DNA of 64,000 nucleotides from Octopus sinensis (GCF_006345805.1 NC_043026.1:1426001-1490000); one strand, 5' to 3'; counted from the stretch's first letter, positions 1-13,538 are shown. Notes: generated by a model not told the origin, from the sequence alone. Translations and numbers: made by a program.

Positions 1-12
1 ATTTAAGGCACA

Positions 13-900
13 TAATGCTTTATGAGTACAAAAAAGGAAACTCTGCAGCCAAAGTGACTCGAAACATACACTCAGTTTATGGGAAAGAATGCTTGAATGA
101 AAGAACTGGTAGAAGATGGTTTTCAAAATTCAGAAGTGGAGTTGCCAAGGAGATGCCTCCTTGAGGCATCACTTGAAGAAAATCCTGTATTATCAGTTGA
201 AGGATTGGCAATAAAGCTTAGTTCAAACCATACAACTGTTTATCGTCATCTTCAACATCTTGGAAAGGTTCCTAAACTTGGAAAAGGGGTGCTTCGGACG
301 AAAGCAACTGCAAATCCCAAGTTGACCTCTGCTCTTCTCTCCATTCTCGTGAACTCATTTCACCTTTTTTGGATAGACTTGTGACTGGTGACAAAAAATG
401 GATCTTCTATCAAAATGTTAAACATTGTAAACAGTGGAGTGGATGTGTGGTAAGTAGCTTGTTTACCAACCACATGGTTCCGGGTTCTACTATAGCCTCG
501 GGCCAACCAAAGCCTTGTGAGTGGATTTGGTAGACGGAAACTGAAAGAAGCCCGTCGTATATATATGTATGTGTGTATGTTTATCTGTCTGTGTTTGTCC
601 CCCTAGCATTGCTTGACAACCGATGCTGGTGTGTTTATATCCCCGTCACTTAGTGGTTTGGCAAAAGAGACCGAAAGAATAAGTACTGGGCTTACAAAGA
701 ATAAGTCCCGGGGTCGAGTTGCTCGATTAAAGGCGGTGCTCCAGCATGGCCGCAGTCAAATGACTGAAACAAGTTAAAGAAAAAGAAAAAAAAGAAAAGT
801 GGCTTGGTAAAAAAAAAAAGCTCAACCAAAACCGAGAATGGAACTTCATGGGAAAAAGGTTTTTTTCTCTATCTGGTGGGATTGCAAAGGAGTAATTACA
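13..900 (+). mobile_element. Truncated mariner transposase fragment interrupted by a SINE
   Basis: Near-identical in parts to the mariner at 1762-3016 (MLYEYKKGNSA..VTRNIHSVYGKECLNER; KLSSNHTTV); resumes at 803 after the SINE. Confidence 0.85.
438..797 (+). mobile_element. SINE inserted in mariner
   Basis: tRNA-like head, tail TGCTCCAGCATGGCCGCAGTCAAATGACTGAAACAAGT plus A-rich end; AGTGG on both sides (433-437, 798-802), single in the uninterrupted mariner copy. Confidence 0.85.
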
Positions 901-1324
901 CAGACCTCCCCCCCCCGCCTCCACCACAACCAAACTCAACACTTAGTTGGTACTCATTCAGCTCTATCGGATACCAAAATACAACGGAGGTACGGCCCTT
1001 CTATCAAATTCATTTCTTGCACGTGCTTAGGCTTCCCTAAGAACTTGGGGCTAAAATAATACAAAACATTTACAGCACTTCTCGCATCGTATCAATTTAC
1101 ACAAGAACACATATCAGGTTATCTTTGCATGTCTGAAAATTCCAGGATCATTAGTTATTGATTATGATTTAGAACGTCATTGAAGAAAACGGTTTTTGAA
1201 GCTACACACAAACTAAAAAGGCAGAAGTTGCTCCGTGTCAGTTCGAAAAAAACTCAACTTTGAATATTGCAGCAAGGTTATTTCTTTTCTATAATGATAA
1301 TCAATTCCAGACTAGAGGAGATAC

Positions 1325-1630
1325 TCCGTCAGTTACGACGACGAGTGTTCCAATTGATCCAATCACCGGATCAGCCTGCTTCATGAAATTAATGCCAAAG
1401 TGGTTGAGAGCACCCCACAGGAAGGCATTCAGATTACTTTGTGAAATGTAATGCTTATTTATTTCACATTATTTTATTTATATTTGTTTGTCAGTTGCTT
1501 GACCATAACCGCTTGACCACATAGTTCTCAGCAGGATTCAGCATGACACAGAGCGTGACAAGGCTGGGCCTTTGAAATGTAGGTACTCCTCATTTTTGCC
1601 AGCTGAGTGGACTGCAACAATGCAGTATGT
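1325..1630 (-). mobile_element. SINE fragment (second family)
   Basis: Shares GTTGATCCAATC..CAGCCTGC..GAAATTAA and GCCAGCTGAGTGGACTG blocks with copies at about 10.8 kb and 29.4 kb. Confidence 0.65.
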
Positions 1631-1761
1631 GGTTGAAAAACACACACACGATCAGCTTCTATACGGTCTCCACTTCTCAAATTTCACTCATGAAGCATTG
1701 CCAATCCAACAAGTAAAGATGTTCTTGCTCAAAGTGCCATGCACTAGATGGTTGAGAAATA

Positions 1762-3016
1762 TCAGGTCATCCCATAAGTTCTGTCCGATTTTACCTTTTT
1801 GAAAATTGAATGAAATTCAATAGTATTTTTACAATATCTAATGGAATTAGAAATTACTTTTATGCATTTGTGTACATTTAAACTAATTAAATATTATTTT
1901 ACAGAATAATAGAATTAAAATTTTTAATTGATTAAAACCCTTTCTAACATGGAAGTATCCAAAGAGAATTTGAAGCATATAATGCTTTATGAGTACAAAA
2001 AAAGGGAATTCTGCAACCGAAGTGACTCGAAACATGCACTCAGTTTATGGGAAAGAATGCTTGAATGAAAGAACTTGCAGAAGATGGTTTGCGAAATTCA
2101 GAAGTGGAGATTTCAGCCTTGAAGATGAAGATCGGACAGGACGTCCAGTTCAGTTTGATGATGAGCTCCTTGAGGCATTACTTGAAGAAAATCCTGCATT
2201 ATCAATTGAAGAATTGGCAATAAAGCTTAGTTCAAATCATACAACTGTTCATCGTCTTCAACAACTTGGAAAATGGGTGCCTCATGAATTGTCTGAAAAC
2301 AACCACAAATCCAGAGTTGACATCTGCTCTTCTCTCCATTCTTGAACTCATTTCACCCTTTTTGGATAGACTTGCAACGAAAAATGGATCTTCTATTAAA
2401 ATGTTAAACATCGTAAACAGTGGCTTGGTAAAAGGAAAAAAGCTCAATCACAACTGAGAAAGGAACTTCATAGGAAAAAAGTCCTCTCTATCTGGTGGGA
2501 TTGCAAAGGAGTAATTCACTTTGAATTGTTACCACCTAATGCAACAATCAATGTTCAAATCTACTGTCAGCAATTAGAGCGTGTGAACCAAGCTTTGAAG
2601 AAAGAAAGACCTGCTTTAGTGAATTGAAAAGGAGTGATGTTTCATCAGGACAATGCGTGACCCCCACTGCAAAGATTACATCATAGAAAATCGAAAAGCT
2701 TGGTTGGTAAAAAAATTCCTCATCCACCTTATTCTCCTGATCTTGCTCCTTCAGACTACTATTTGTTTTGTAGTTTACAGAATCATTTGGGGGACATAAC
2801 TTTCGTAAGCCAGGAGTCAAAACTGACATTTCAGAGTTCTTTGCTTTGAAACCAAAAGAGTTTTACGTTGATGGGATTAAAAAGCTTGTAAATAGGTGGA
2901 GGGAAGTCATAGATAATCGGGGAAAGTACATTGATGATTAAATTTCAATTAAATATAACATTTGATCACTTGTTTTCTTTATTCAAAATTCGGACAGAAC
3001 TTATTGGATGACCTGA
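1762..3016 (+). mobile_element. Full-length defective mariner transposon
   Basis: TIRs TCAGGTCATCCCATAAGTTCTGTCCGA / CGGACAGAACTTATTGGATGACCTGA, TA on both sides, 1255 bp; WVPHEL and YSPDLAPSDY motifs; frameshifts and stops. Confidence 0.95.
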
Positions 3017-3084
3017 TAGTTGAGATGTAGCTCTCTGTAATTTTCATATATATATTTTTATATATAGGAGGAATCGCATATGGT

Positions 3085-4010
3085 ACTCAATGCAAACTAT
3101 TGACATACAAGAAGTGCAGTTGAATCACATGAAGGTTAAAGGAGAATGTAGCATTTATATGTAGAAGATATACGGGATCCATAAAGACAAATGACCCATT
3201 TCCGTTTCTCAATATCATCTCTGCAACATTATTACTTGTTCAAATATGCTTGGGTTCCATTCAAACCTTGCATTTATACCCATCACTGCCACCCCATAAT
3301 TTGTTTAGGGTCAGGCACTGATTGGTGCTATCAGTCATTGTACAATGATGAGAATATCATAAGAGGGACAATCTCTCTTGTCAGCTCACAATGCACCTTG
3401 TCCAGGCTAGGCAATGCTCCATGCAGATTTTCATGTATTTACACCATTTCTCCATGAGAAAATACAGTGAATGACTTTTTGACAGGTTCAAACATGCCTC
3501 AGGCATATTTGAACTAGTAATGACCCTGCACTTTTATACACATCATTCTACACCCTATAATATCATCTCTATCCACACCATGTTCACCAATCACCTTCTT
3601 TTTGCTCCATTGCTCTCCTCTGCCATACTCCATCCCTAATACCTCTCCTATCTGATATGACTCTAAATGCCCTCTCACATCGACCATCACGCCCCACTTA
3701 TAGCTTCCTTCTCTGACCCACTTCTATATCTCTCACCATCATTTGCTACATTGACCACAACATCCATCTCTTCTAACACTCTTATAAAACTTCCCCCTTT
3801 ATCCCCCACCCCCCTCATCTCTTACAACCACTCAATATCTTGAGATGCTCCAGCATCCCCACCACTACATCTGTTTTCTTTGAAGCTCTCCACTTCTTCC
3901 CACATCTATTGCATGACATCTGGGTTTGTTCTTCCATCAATTTCCTGCCTATCAATCCCTGGCACAGAACCATCACTTCTCCCCTAACCACACCATCCCA
4001 TTGAGTCAAG
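3085..4010 (-). mobile_element. Highly degraded LINE-like sequence (possibly RTE C-terminus)
   Basis: Weak patchy similarity to the 3' part of the RTE ORF; no clean motif. Confidence 0.3.
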
Positions 4011-4099
4011 GGGCCTTTTTCTTTCCCCCTCCATGCATTTCTTCCTCTTCCTTTCTTTACTTCGTTACTTGCTACCTCACTACTACCAGTTGCATGAAA

Positions 4100-4275
4100 A
4101 AAAAGAAAAAAGCACCCAGTGCACTTTGTAAAGCAATTGGATTTAAAAAGGGCCTCCAGTTATAGAAACCATGCTCAAGCTGATATTGGAACCCTTAAAA
4201 CTCACCAGACCCTGTCAAACTGTCCAACCCATGCCACCATGGAATTTGGATGTTAAATTGTGATGATATGATGTG
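4100..4275 (+). mobile_element. RTE LINE 3' tail fragment
   Basis: CCAACCCATGCC..CATGGAA..GATGTTAAA followed by GAT repeats, as in the other RTE tails. Confidence 0.7.
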
Positions 4276-4284
4276 ATGTGTGTG

Positions 4285-4329
<45 letters not shown>

Positions 4330-4384
4330 TGTGTGTGTGATATTTAACATCATCATTCATTAAATTGAAAGAACACATAAAAAG

Positions 4385-4690
4385 ATTTTTGTAGCATTAA
4401 GAAGACGAGCCTCCACCAACTATTTGGCCTATATGTCTGTGCACACCTTTGAATGCAGTGTATGCCAGAAGGTTTGCAAATGTAACGGAGGTTTCAAAAG
4501 GCATTTTAAGATCCACAAAGATCAGAACTTAACTGCAGCCCTTGGTGGTCCAAATTGGATGTGCAATCTTTGTGGGTGTCTTTTCAAAACATTGTCTGGT
4601 TTAAAAAGCCACATCAGATGCCATGATGGTTCTAAGGTGTAAGTACAAGAGATGGTCAGAATCTGCATAAGGAATAGACATCCACCCTTT
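4385..4690 (+). mobile_element. Fragment encoding two C2H2 zinc fingers, probably the C-terminus of a BovB-like RTE ORF
   Basis: FECSVCQKVCKCNGGFKRHFKIH and WMCNLCGCLFKTLSGLKSHIRCH then stop; preceded by basic RRRAS; no TGEKP linker. Confidence 0.6.
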
Positions 4691-4928
4691 ATGAAAGATT
4701 TTTACAGCATATTTATAAATTGTCTTTTCTTCATATTTTCAGATTGCTTTAGGGATGTTGAACAGATGTGTTCATGTCAACCAGATGCTTTACCAACTAG
4801 ACAGACCAGTATTGGTCACTGCTCTACAACATGAAGGACACAGATTTCTTGTATCCTTGTCATAAGCTTGTTTTGTAGCAGGAAGTAGTGTACTGAAGGT
4901 CTACTGGTGTTGTGATGTTATGGTAGAG

Positions 4929-5242
4929 CAGTGGTTCCAAAAGTGGGTGGTACTGCCCCCTTGGGGACAGTGGAAAGATCAAGGAGGTGGGTGCATTAAA
5001 GAAAAGTGGGTCAATAATAGGTCCAAAATGGTGGGAGAGTGTGCAAAAAAGGGCAGTAGATGTAAAAAAAATAATAGATTAATTAAGTTTAAGTTTTATT
5101 GGTAAAATACAATTATTTTGAATTTGCTGCAGAAAATGGTTTATGTTTGTAGTGATGGGGGTGGGTACAAGGAATGTAACCCGGATGCCAAAGTGTGTGT
5201 GTGTGGGGGGGGGGTCAGCCTGAAAAAGTTTAGGAACCACTG
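4929..5242. mobile_element. hAT (Charlie/Buster-like) MITE
   Basis: Inverted termini CAGTGGTTCC / GGAACCACTG, 314 bp; 8-bp TSD not well preserved. Confidence 0.6.
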
Positions 5243-6032
5243 TGAGAGTGGATTGATGTTATGGTATGTTCATGTGGTGGTGTGGTGATAGTTTTCTTTA
5301 TCGTCTTTCTCTTTTTTTTTACTTGTTTCAGTCATTAGACTGTGGCCATGCTGGGGCACTATCTTGAGGAATTTGTAGTTAAATGAATTGGCTCCTGTAC
5401 TTTTTTTTAAAGATCAAGGGTCATCAAGGAGGGGAGACACAGAGGACACACACACACGCACACACACATGAATATATATATATATATATATAATAAATGC
5501 GAAAATTAGTTTGTGTGTCAGTGTGTCACACTTCGACCCCTTCTCTCACTATTCATTGACACTCTTATTATTGCTCATGTTGGGGTGAGAGTAATAGTAT
5601 GAGCTGTAGTTGTGATAGAGGTGGAGGCGATGGTGATGATGGTGGCGGTGGTAGCTGAAGCAGTCAGGAACAACAGTGATAGTAAGTGATGTGAAAGACA
5701 GTGGCGATGGTGGTGGAGGGGAAGGCAGCGAAGTCAAAGATATTGATGGTGGTGGCATCAGAAGTCAGAATGGTGTGTGTATGGCAGTTGTGGTGGCGAT
5801 GGTGGTGGTTGAAAACAATCAACAGAAAGAGAGAGAGAGAGACAAGGGAAAGAGAAAGAGAAGAGGTTAGATAGAAAAAAAATTGTACTGAAAATATTGG
5901 TCGAGTTTAATAAAATTTAATATGTACTCAATGCATGAAGTGTGTCATTGTTGGGCCTAAGATCCATTGAAGAGCCCTCCACAGGAACCAGCCTGATAGG
6001 GAGGCTTTGAAGATGCTCGCTAAAAGGAGAGA

Positions 6033-6066
6033 GGTAACATTTCAAGCATAACTCTTCATCAGAAAG
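6033..6066 (-). ncRNA. Degenerate hammerhead-like motif (zero-loop family)
   Basis: Minus strand CUUU-CUGAUGA-A-GAGU-UAU-GCUU-GAAAU-GUU; helix I partner lost. Confidence 0.45.
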
Positions 6067-6129
6067 GAGAAAGGAAAATGTTCAAAGAAGGAAGAGAAGA
6101 AGAAATCACCAACAGACCATATAGACATT

Positions 6130-9100
6130 GCTGTATCTCTTAATTCCTAGCCCATGGCTTGTTGTGTCTCCCCTCTCTCTTATCACTATGTGTCTCTCTC
6201 TCTCTCTCTACCAACCGCCGCTCTGTCTGTGTCTATATCCTTACTCTCTTTTGTCCCTACTTCTCCCCCTCGACAACTTCCTCCTCCCTACATAAACCAA
6301 TGCACACTGCTTGACCCTTCTTATTGACTTCAATACCCTGGCTGTAAACACGATCCTGAGGAGATGAGAAATCACAGTTAAGATTCTTAAGTTTTCCACC
6401 TGCCTTTTTCTTTCATTGTATTTTTGCGTGTATTATCACCATAAACCCTTATTATTTTCTCACTTATTATTTCTGCCTTCTCTTTAATTTGCAACATATT
6501 CTTTCACTCATGAAAATTTATCACATGTTCACTCAGTCTTCCATCTCTATCGGCCTTTCTCTCTCTTAATTCCTAGCCCATTTCTTAGCCCATGTTTGCC
6601 AGTTCGCGAGTTCGCCCGCCCTCCCACCCTCTCCACCTGCACAGGAAGTCCCTATGTCGTCCTCCTTTGCTTGTCTCCCATGAACACCTAAAGGCCTTAC
6701 GCCAACCCCACCCCTACTATATAAGGTAGTGATCATACAGTGCAAAACATGATAGTTTAGTGTAAGCAGGTTGAACTTAAGATCATTGTTTGCTTATGAA
6801 TTCTGCCAAATGCGAGTTTTCTTTTCAGCTTCATGAAGCTACTGTCACCTGTCCCAGGGTCTCTAGGGCCCATACCTCCTACACCCTCAGGGTTGGCACT
6901 CTCAACATCTACACACTGAAAGGTTGGTCTGGTAAGATTGTTGAAATGCTTAAACAGAGGTGTGTTGATATGTGCTGCATCCAAGAAGTAAGGTGGAGAG
7001 GAGGTTCTGCTAGGTTCCTCACAGGCAAAGAACACAGGAACAAGATTTTCTGGGCAGGGAACACTTACGGGGTTGGGGGTGTGGTTATACTTCTTGCGGA
7101 GAAATGGGTAGATAAAGCAACTGAGATAGTCAGAGTATGTGACAGAATACTTAAGATCAGATTAGTGCTCCATCATGGGTTAGCAACCATTATCTCAGCC
7201 CTTCAGCCAGGGCTACCCGATGGACAGAAAGACCGATTCTATGACACCCTCTTGCAGACTACTGCGTTGACAAATGACAGGGACAACATGTCGGGGGCTT
7301 CCATGGCTTCCATTGAGGATACGGTTTCGGCTCTCGCAATGAGGAGGGAACTAGGCTGCTGGAGTTCTGTGATGCAAATGATCTTATGGTTTGCAATACT
7401 AACTTCAGGAAACCTGCCAGCCACCTAGTCACCTACCACTCTGGCAGACACACTAGTCAGATCGACTACATCCTCACCAGAAAAAGGGAAAGATGGCTGC
7501 TTATAAATACCAAAACCTTCCCAGACTAGTAGTTAGTGACTTCAGGATCAGGGCTAAATGGATGCCCAGAAGACAACCAGCAAGGAGAAGAAGGGTCTGG
7601 AGACTTAAACATCCTGCAAATGGACAGAAATTTAGAGACATATTACTCGAAGCCTTTGGCGAAATAGAAGGGTATATAGCTTCACATGGTATAGAAGACA
7701 ACTGGAGGTTCCTACTGGACAACCTGCTAAGGGCCACCAACCAGATCTGTGGATGGTGCAAAGTCCCCTCCCGACCCAAAATAACGTGGTGGTGGAACAA
7801 TGTTGTTGACAGTGCTATTAGACAAAAGAAATAGGCTTGGAAGGACTGGAAGAACGGTGGTAGGAGGGAAGTGTATCAGACTGCTAGGAGGCAGATTTAT
7901 TTAGCCAGAGGGGAAGCAGATAAGAAATTTGCCAATGTTCTGCGCCGTGAGGATGAAAGACTTGAGGTATTTCATGTTGCAAGACAGTGTGTGAGAGAGA
8001 ATCGTGATGTGGTAGGAGAGAAATGTGTTCGCAAGGATGACGGTTCACTTGCGTTAAATGAGGATGCAAAGAGAGAGGCTTGGAGACGCCACTATGAAAG
8101 GTTGCTGAATGAGGAAAATGAATGAGATTAAGAGAGTCTGCCGAATATCGACCCAACAGAGGGACCAGTTCCTTAGTAGTTAAGGCAATTAGAAGCATGA
8201 AGACAGGGAAAGCCCCAGGCCCACCAGGAATTACTGCAGAGATGCTTAAAATATCTGGCAGTGTCGGCTATAGCCTAGTCACCTGTATAGTTAACCAGGT
8301 GATACACGAAGGAGTCATACCCAATGACTGGTGTAGCAGCATAATAGTCAACTGCTACAAAGGTAAAGGTGATGCTTTAGATATAAATAATTACAGAGGT
8401 ATCAAGCTGTTGGATTAGGTAATGAAGGTTACGGAGAGGGTCATAGCCCAACTGATTAGGAAGAGAGTCAGCTTGGATGAGATGCAGTTTGGTTTCATGC
8501 CAGGGAAAAGCACCACTGATGCCATATTTCTGGTAAGACAGCTGCAGGAGAAATACCTAGCCAAAGATAAGCCCCTGTACCTGCTTTTGTTGACATGGAG
8601 AAAGCCTTTGACAGGGTCCCCCAATCTCTTATCTGGTGGTCAATGAGGAAACTAGGGATAGATGAATGGTTAGTGAGAGCTGCGCGAGCCATGTACAGGG
8701 ATGCTGTAAGGTGAGGGTTGGCAATTCAGGGTAGAGATTGGGGTCCACCAAGGTTCAGTCCTCAGCCCCCTCCTATTTATCATAGTCCTCCAGACAATAA
8801 CGGAGGAATTCAAGACAGGATGCCCCTGGGAGCTCCTATATGCTGATGACCTTGCTCTAATTGCTGAGTCACTATCAGAACTAGAGGCAAAGTTTTAAGT
8901 GTGGGGACAAGGATTAGAATCGAAGGGCCTTAGAATCAACCTAGCTAAAACCAAAGTTCTAATATGTAGGAAGGCAGGCAAATCACAAACGCCTTCAGGT
9001 AGATGGCCTTGCTTGATCTGTAGAAAAGGCGTAGGTAGAATCTCTATAAGATGCACCAAGTGTAAGCTATGGACACATAAGAGGTACAGCAATATCAAAG

Positions 9101-10238
9101 GAAGGCTAACTAGGAAGATAGTTTTTGTATGTGGCAGATGCTCATGAGCAATAAACACTGAAAATGCGCAGAGACCAACTTCCGCCACATTCCAGGGAGA
9201 AAATCTAGAAATAGTTGATAGCTTCCGTTACCTAGGTGACCAAGTCAGTAGCGGGGGCGGGTGTGCTGAAAGTGTAACTGCTAGAGTAAGAATAGCCTGG
9301 GCAAAGTTCAGAGAGCTTTTACCTCTGCTAGGGACAAAAGGCCTCTCGCTCAGAGTAAAAGGCAGACTGTATGACGCATGTGTACGAACAGCCTTGCTAC
9401 ATGGCAGTGAAACATGGGCTGTGACTGTTGAGGATATGTGTAAGCTTGCAAGAAATGAAGCCAGTATGCTCCGATGGATGTGTAATGTCAGTGTTCATAC
9501 TCGACAGAGAGAAAAGTTGGGCCTGAGAAGCATCAGTTGTGGTGTGCAAGAGAGACGTTTGCGCTGGTATGGTCATGTGGCGAGAACGGATGAAGATAGT
9601 TGTGTGAAAAAGTGCCACACCCTAGTGGTTGAGGGAACCTGTGGAAGAGGTAGACCCAGGAAAACCTGGGACGAGGTGGTGAAGCACGACCTTCGAACTT
9701 TAGGTCTCACCAAGGAAATGACTAGAGACTGAGACCTTTGGAAGTATGCTGTGCGTGGGAAGACCCGGCAGACAAGTGAGACCATAACCCCTGGCCTCTA
9801 CCTGGGGTTTAGCCAGTCCACTTATGCATACCTTTCCTTCTTGGGACACCAAACTCTACTTGTGAAGACTTGTTGATGCAAGTGAAAATTGAAATCGATC
9901 AACATCAATGGAAATTATAGCTGTGATACCAGTGCCGGTGGCACGTAAGAGAACCATCCAAACTTGGCCATTGCCAGCGCCACCCCGACTGGCCTCCGTG
10001 CCGGTGGCATGTAAAAAGCACCATCCGATTGTGGCCGTTGCCAGCTTCATCTGGCACGTAAAAAGCACCCACTACACTCACGGAGTGGTTGGTGTTAGGA
10101 AGGGCATCTAGCTGTAGAAACATTGCCAGATTAGACTGGGCCTGGTGCAGCCTTCTGGCTTCCCAGACCCCTGTTGAACTGTCCAACCCATGCTAGCATG
10201 GAAAGCAGACGTTAAACGATGATGATGATGATGATGAT
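6130..10238 (+). mobile_element. Near full-length RTE-clade LINE (APE-RT), inactivated
   Basis: APE (TLRVGTLNI..CIQEVRWRG), RT (QFGFMPGKSTTDAIF, LLYADDL), PHD-like finger, RRLRWYGHV, GRGRPRKTW, 3' UTR repeats and (GAT)n tail; many frameshifts; 5' boundary approximate. Confidence 0.95.
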
Positions 10239-10341
10239 ATATAAGTTCAGTAAAATTTAGATTCAGATGAATATGGTGCTAAAGTTAAAGGCACCAGAAT
10301 TTAGTATGGTATTATCCATATAATTCAAAATGGGGTGATTA

Positions 10342-10415
10342 TAATCAAAATAAGCAACAAGGATATCCAGAGGTAATGCATTACCTCTGGATATCCTTGT
10401 TGCTTATTTTGATTA
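10342..10415. repeat. Perfect 74-bp spacerless palindrome (PLE terminal fragment)
   Basis: Arms TAATCAAAATAAGCAACAAGGATATCCAGAGGTAATG / CATTACCTCTGGATATCCTTGTTGCTTATTTTGATTA. Confidence 0.95.
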
Positions 10416-10428
10416 CATATATATATAT

Positions 10429-10496
<68 letters not shown>

Positions 10497-10499
<3 letters not shown>

Positions 10500-11010
10500 A
10501 TGGGTTTCTTTCAGTTTCCCTCTACCAAATTCATTCACAAGGTTTTAGTCAGCCAGGTTATAATAGAAGACACTTGCCCAAGGTGCCATACAGTGGGACT
10601 GAACTTAGAACCATATGGTAGGGAAGCAAGCTTCTTAAGACTCACAGCCATGCTTGCACTTATTTGGTGAAGGTGTGCTGGTGTCATGATGGTCTGGAGA
10701 TGTGGTAAAGGTATAGACATATGCTTTACTGGTGTAATGATGTAAAATTTAGCCCTAAAATTGGCCCAGCATCAGTTATGACAATAAGGATTCCAGCTGA
10801 TTCTTTCAGTGGAATAGTTTGAAATTAGTATGCAAGTGGCTGAGCATTCCACAGACACATGTACCTTTAACATTGTTTTCAGGAAGATTCAGCGTAACAC
10901 AGGTGACAAGGGTGGCCCTTCGAAATACAGGTACAACTCATTTTTGCCAGCTGAATGAACTGGAGTTAAAGTGACTCAACACTCTGCTAGAAATTAACTC
11001 ATCATCTTAC
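10497..11010 (-). mobile_element. Two SINE fragments
   Basis: Reverse-complement SINE head and body motifs at about 10500-10650 and 10770-11010. Confidence 0.65.
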
Positions 11011-11581
11011 AATTGTGAACTGAACACACTAACCACTAAATCACCTGATCAACTATAACTGAGTTAATGATTAATCAGTTGCATTCCAGGTATGACCATT
11101 CAGCTGATTTCTTGTTTTGTGGACCCAGGACCCCATTATTCAATTCGTTGCCTGGTTTCTCTACTCCACTGGGTGTAATTTCTGATTTATACAACTACTA
11201 CCTTTGACATATCTAGCTACCATGTAGATGTCTCCCTCATTGGCCCATACATATATATGACAGTGAAGTAAATTATAGGGAGATTTGGCTGATATTTCAA
11301 ACATATCAGGCTATCATGTAGAGGTCTCCTTTTTGGCTGATCTGTGTATAAGACAGCATTTAAACTGGCCACACCTGACCCAAATATTCTGCCTACAACT
11401 ACCCTATAATGTCATTCTCAAAATAACCAATCACATCATCAAACCCTCAAAGATGCATGATAAATTTAAAACAATGTAAATAGTATTACATTTGCTAAAG
11501 GATTAATATGAGGGAGAGTTGAGTGCTATTTCTTACATATCTAACTAGCATATAGAAATCTTCCTCATTGGCTCATATATG

Positions 11582-11622
<41 letters not shown>

Positions 11623-12139
11623 GAGAGTATAACTCCAAAATTACAGGGAAAAATTCAATTTAGTATTAAATCAAATTTCACAATATAAATATATAAAATA
11701 TAAATTAGCGAAAAACAACTCAAACAATAATAGGCATAAAACAAATCATAAATAAAAAATAAATATATATTTTTTTTAAATTTAACTAGATCACAAAAAG
11801 TATAAAAATGAATAATCAATATACAATAAGTAATATATATATATATATACTTCTATATAAAATGATTTGGTGCATTGTTTGTTAATATTATCAGGTTTAG
11901 ACACCATTAAGTCATCCACATTGGCTGAATCATGTGGTGATGCTTGGTGATGGCATAGTATGGGTGGTAGTATAATAGTAGTCTTGTGTGATGTTGTGAG
12001 GTCTACATACAATGAATAGGTTCCTCCTCATTCATACATATATATCCTCTACAGGTCTCCATTAAACCATGTTGAATCATATCTATATAGATTCGTAAAA
12101 CTGTAGGGGTGTAGAGTGTGATGAAGAAGATTCAACTGT

Positions 12140-13040
12140 TTTCATCATGCTTCTTATATTTACCTCTCTCTTATTGGCACATTCACACATATATATATAT
12201 ATAACTATAGAATGGGTTTTGAGAAACATTTAGCTGTTATTTCCACTGTACCTAGTTATAATATTTTGTTCTCTCTTATTGGCTCATAGACACAGGATGT
12301 CTTGCAAACAACTTGCACATGCAAGTGATACCAGTCAAAAGCCCCACATACCGGAAGCCAGCAAGTGTATGGGGTCATCAGGAAAGAATGTGCGCCATTT
12401 CGGGGCCTACCTCTTGACAGCATCAATGCGCACTAGCCCTCCCCCCTCACTAGCTAGATCAACTGGTTATCAAATAAAGCTCAATATTCTTCTAGCCATT
12501 GCGCATCGTCTCTTTTTAACCAAATCCAGCAGAAAAAAAAAAAAGAAACTGTTGAATAGGATTTGAGAAAGATTTGGCTGTTATTTCCACCACATCTACT
12601 AATATTTTTGTCTCTCTTATTGTCTCATAGGCACATTTATACATACGTAAGACTGTGAGATGTGATTTGAGGAAAATTTAGCAGTTATTTCCAGCATGTC
12701 TAGTTATAATATGTTGGTCTTTCTTATTCCTTCATAGACACATGTACACATACACAAGACTGTGGAATGTGATTTGAGGATGATTTAGCTATGATTTCCA
12801 GCATTGCAATATTCTGGTCTCTCTTATAAACCCATAGGCACACATATACACACATAAGAATTAGCAGTTATGTTCACCCTGTCTACATGTATATATAGAC
12901 ACATATATATAGACACATGTATATATAAACATGTGACCATGTCTAGTTATAATATTTCAGTCTCTCTTATCGGTTCATAAACTCATGTATACATACATTA
13001 GACTGTGGGATGTGATTTGGGGAAGATGTGGCTGATATTT
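12140..13040. repeat. About 100-bp degenerate minisatellite, 6-7 copies, interrupted by an insertion
   Basis: Recurring GATTTGAG..TTTAGC.GTTATTTCCA..TCTAGTTATAATATT..CTCTCTTATT..CATAG.CAC. Confidence 0.75.
12295..12531 (+). mobile_element. Interspersed repeat, possible solo-LTR fragment (copy 1)
   Basis: Homologous to 17548-17775; AATAAAGCTCAAT near end; ends in ..CCAGCA. Confidence 0.4.
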
Positions 13041-13229
13041 TTCACAGATCTGCCAAAATATTTAATGATCCTCTTTGACTCAGTGATGTTGGTTATAATG
13101 TTTTATTGTATTAATGTTTTGAATGAATGGTTTGTTATTAGGGAGAGATGGCATACTGATGGTATCAAAGCATGTGTCTGGAGATGATCTTATGTTTGTG
13201 ATAGAACACCTCTCACTCTCTTTCTTGGT

Positions 13230-13538
13230 GACCCTGTCAGTGCTGGGACCATGTAAAAAGCATCCAGTTCACACTGTAGAGCGGTTGGCATTTAGAAGGG
13301 CATTCACCAATAAAAATCATGCCAAAACTGACCACATCTGTGCTGAAGCCACATAAAATGCACTCAGTCCACTCTGCAGAGTGGTTGGTGTTAGGAAGGG
13401 CATCCAACCATAAAAACCCTGCTGAAACAGACACAGTAGCCAGGAGTAGCCTTCTACCTGACTGGCTCTTGTCAAACCATCTGACCCATGTCTGCATGGA
13501 AGGCAAACATTAAATGATGATGATGATGATGATGATGA
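13230..13538 (+). mobile_element. RTE 3' tail
   Basis: GTGGTTGGTGTTAGGAAGGGCATCCA..CCCATG..CATGGAA then (GAT)n. Confidence 0.8.

Noticed and set aside
4743-4863. Exon after a strong acceptor (IALGMLNRCVHVNQ..)
   Set aside because: No canonical donor before the stop; cannot be linked to other exons
10262-10312. CAGATGA..TGGTGC/GCACCA..GAATT as a hammerhead
   Set aside because: Helix II is plausible but both core strands are mutated; possible fossil only
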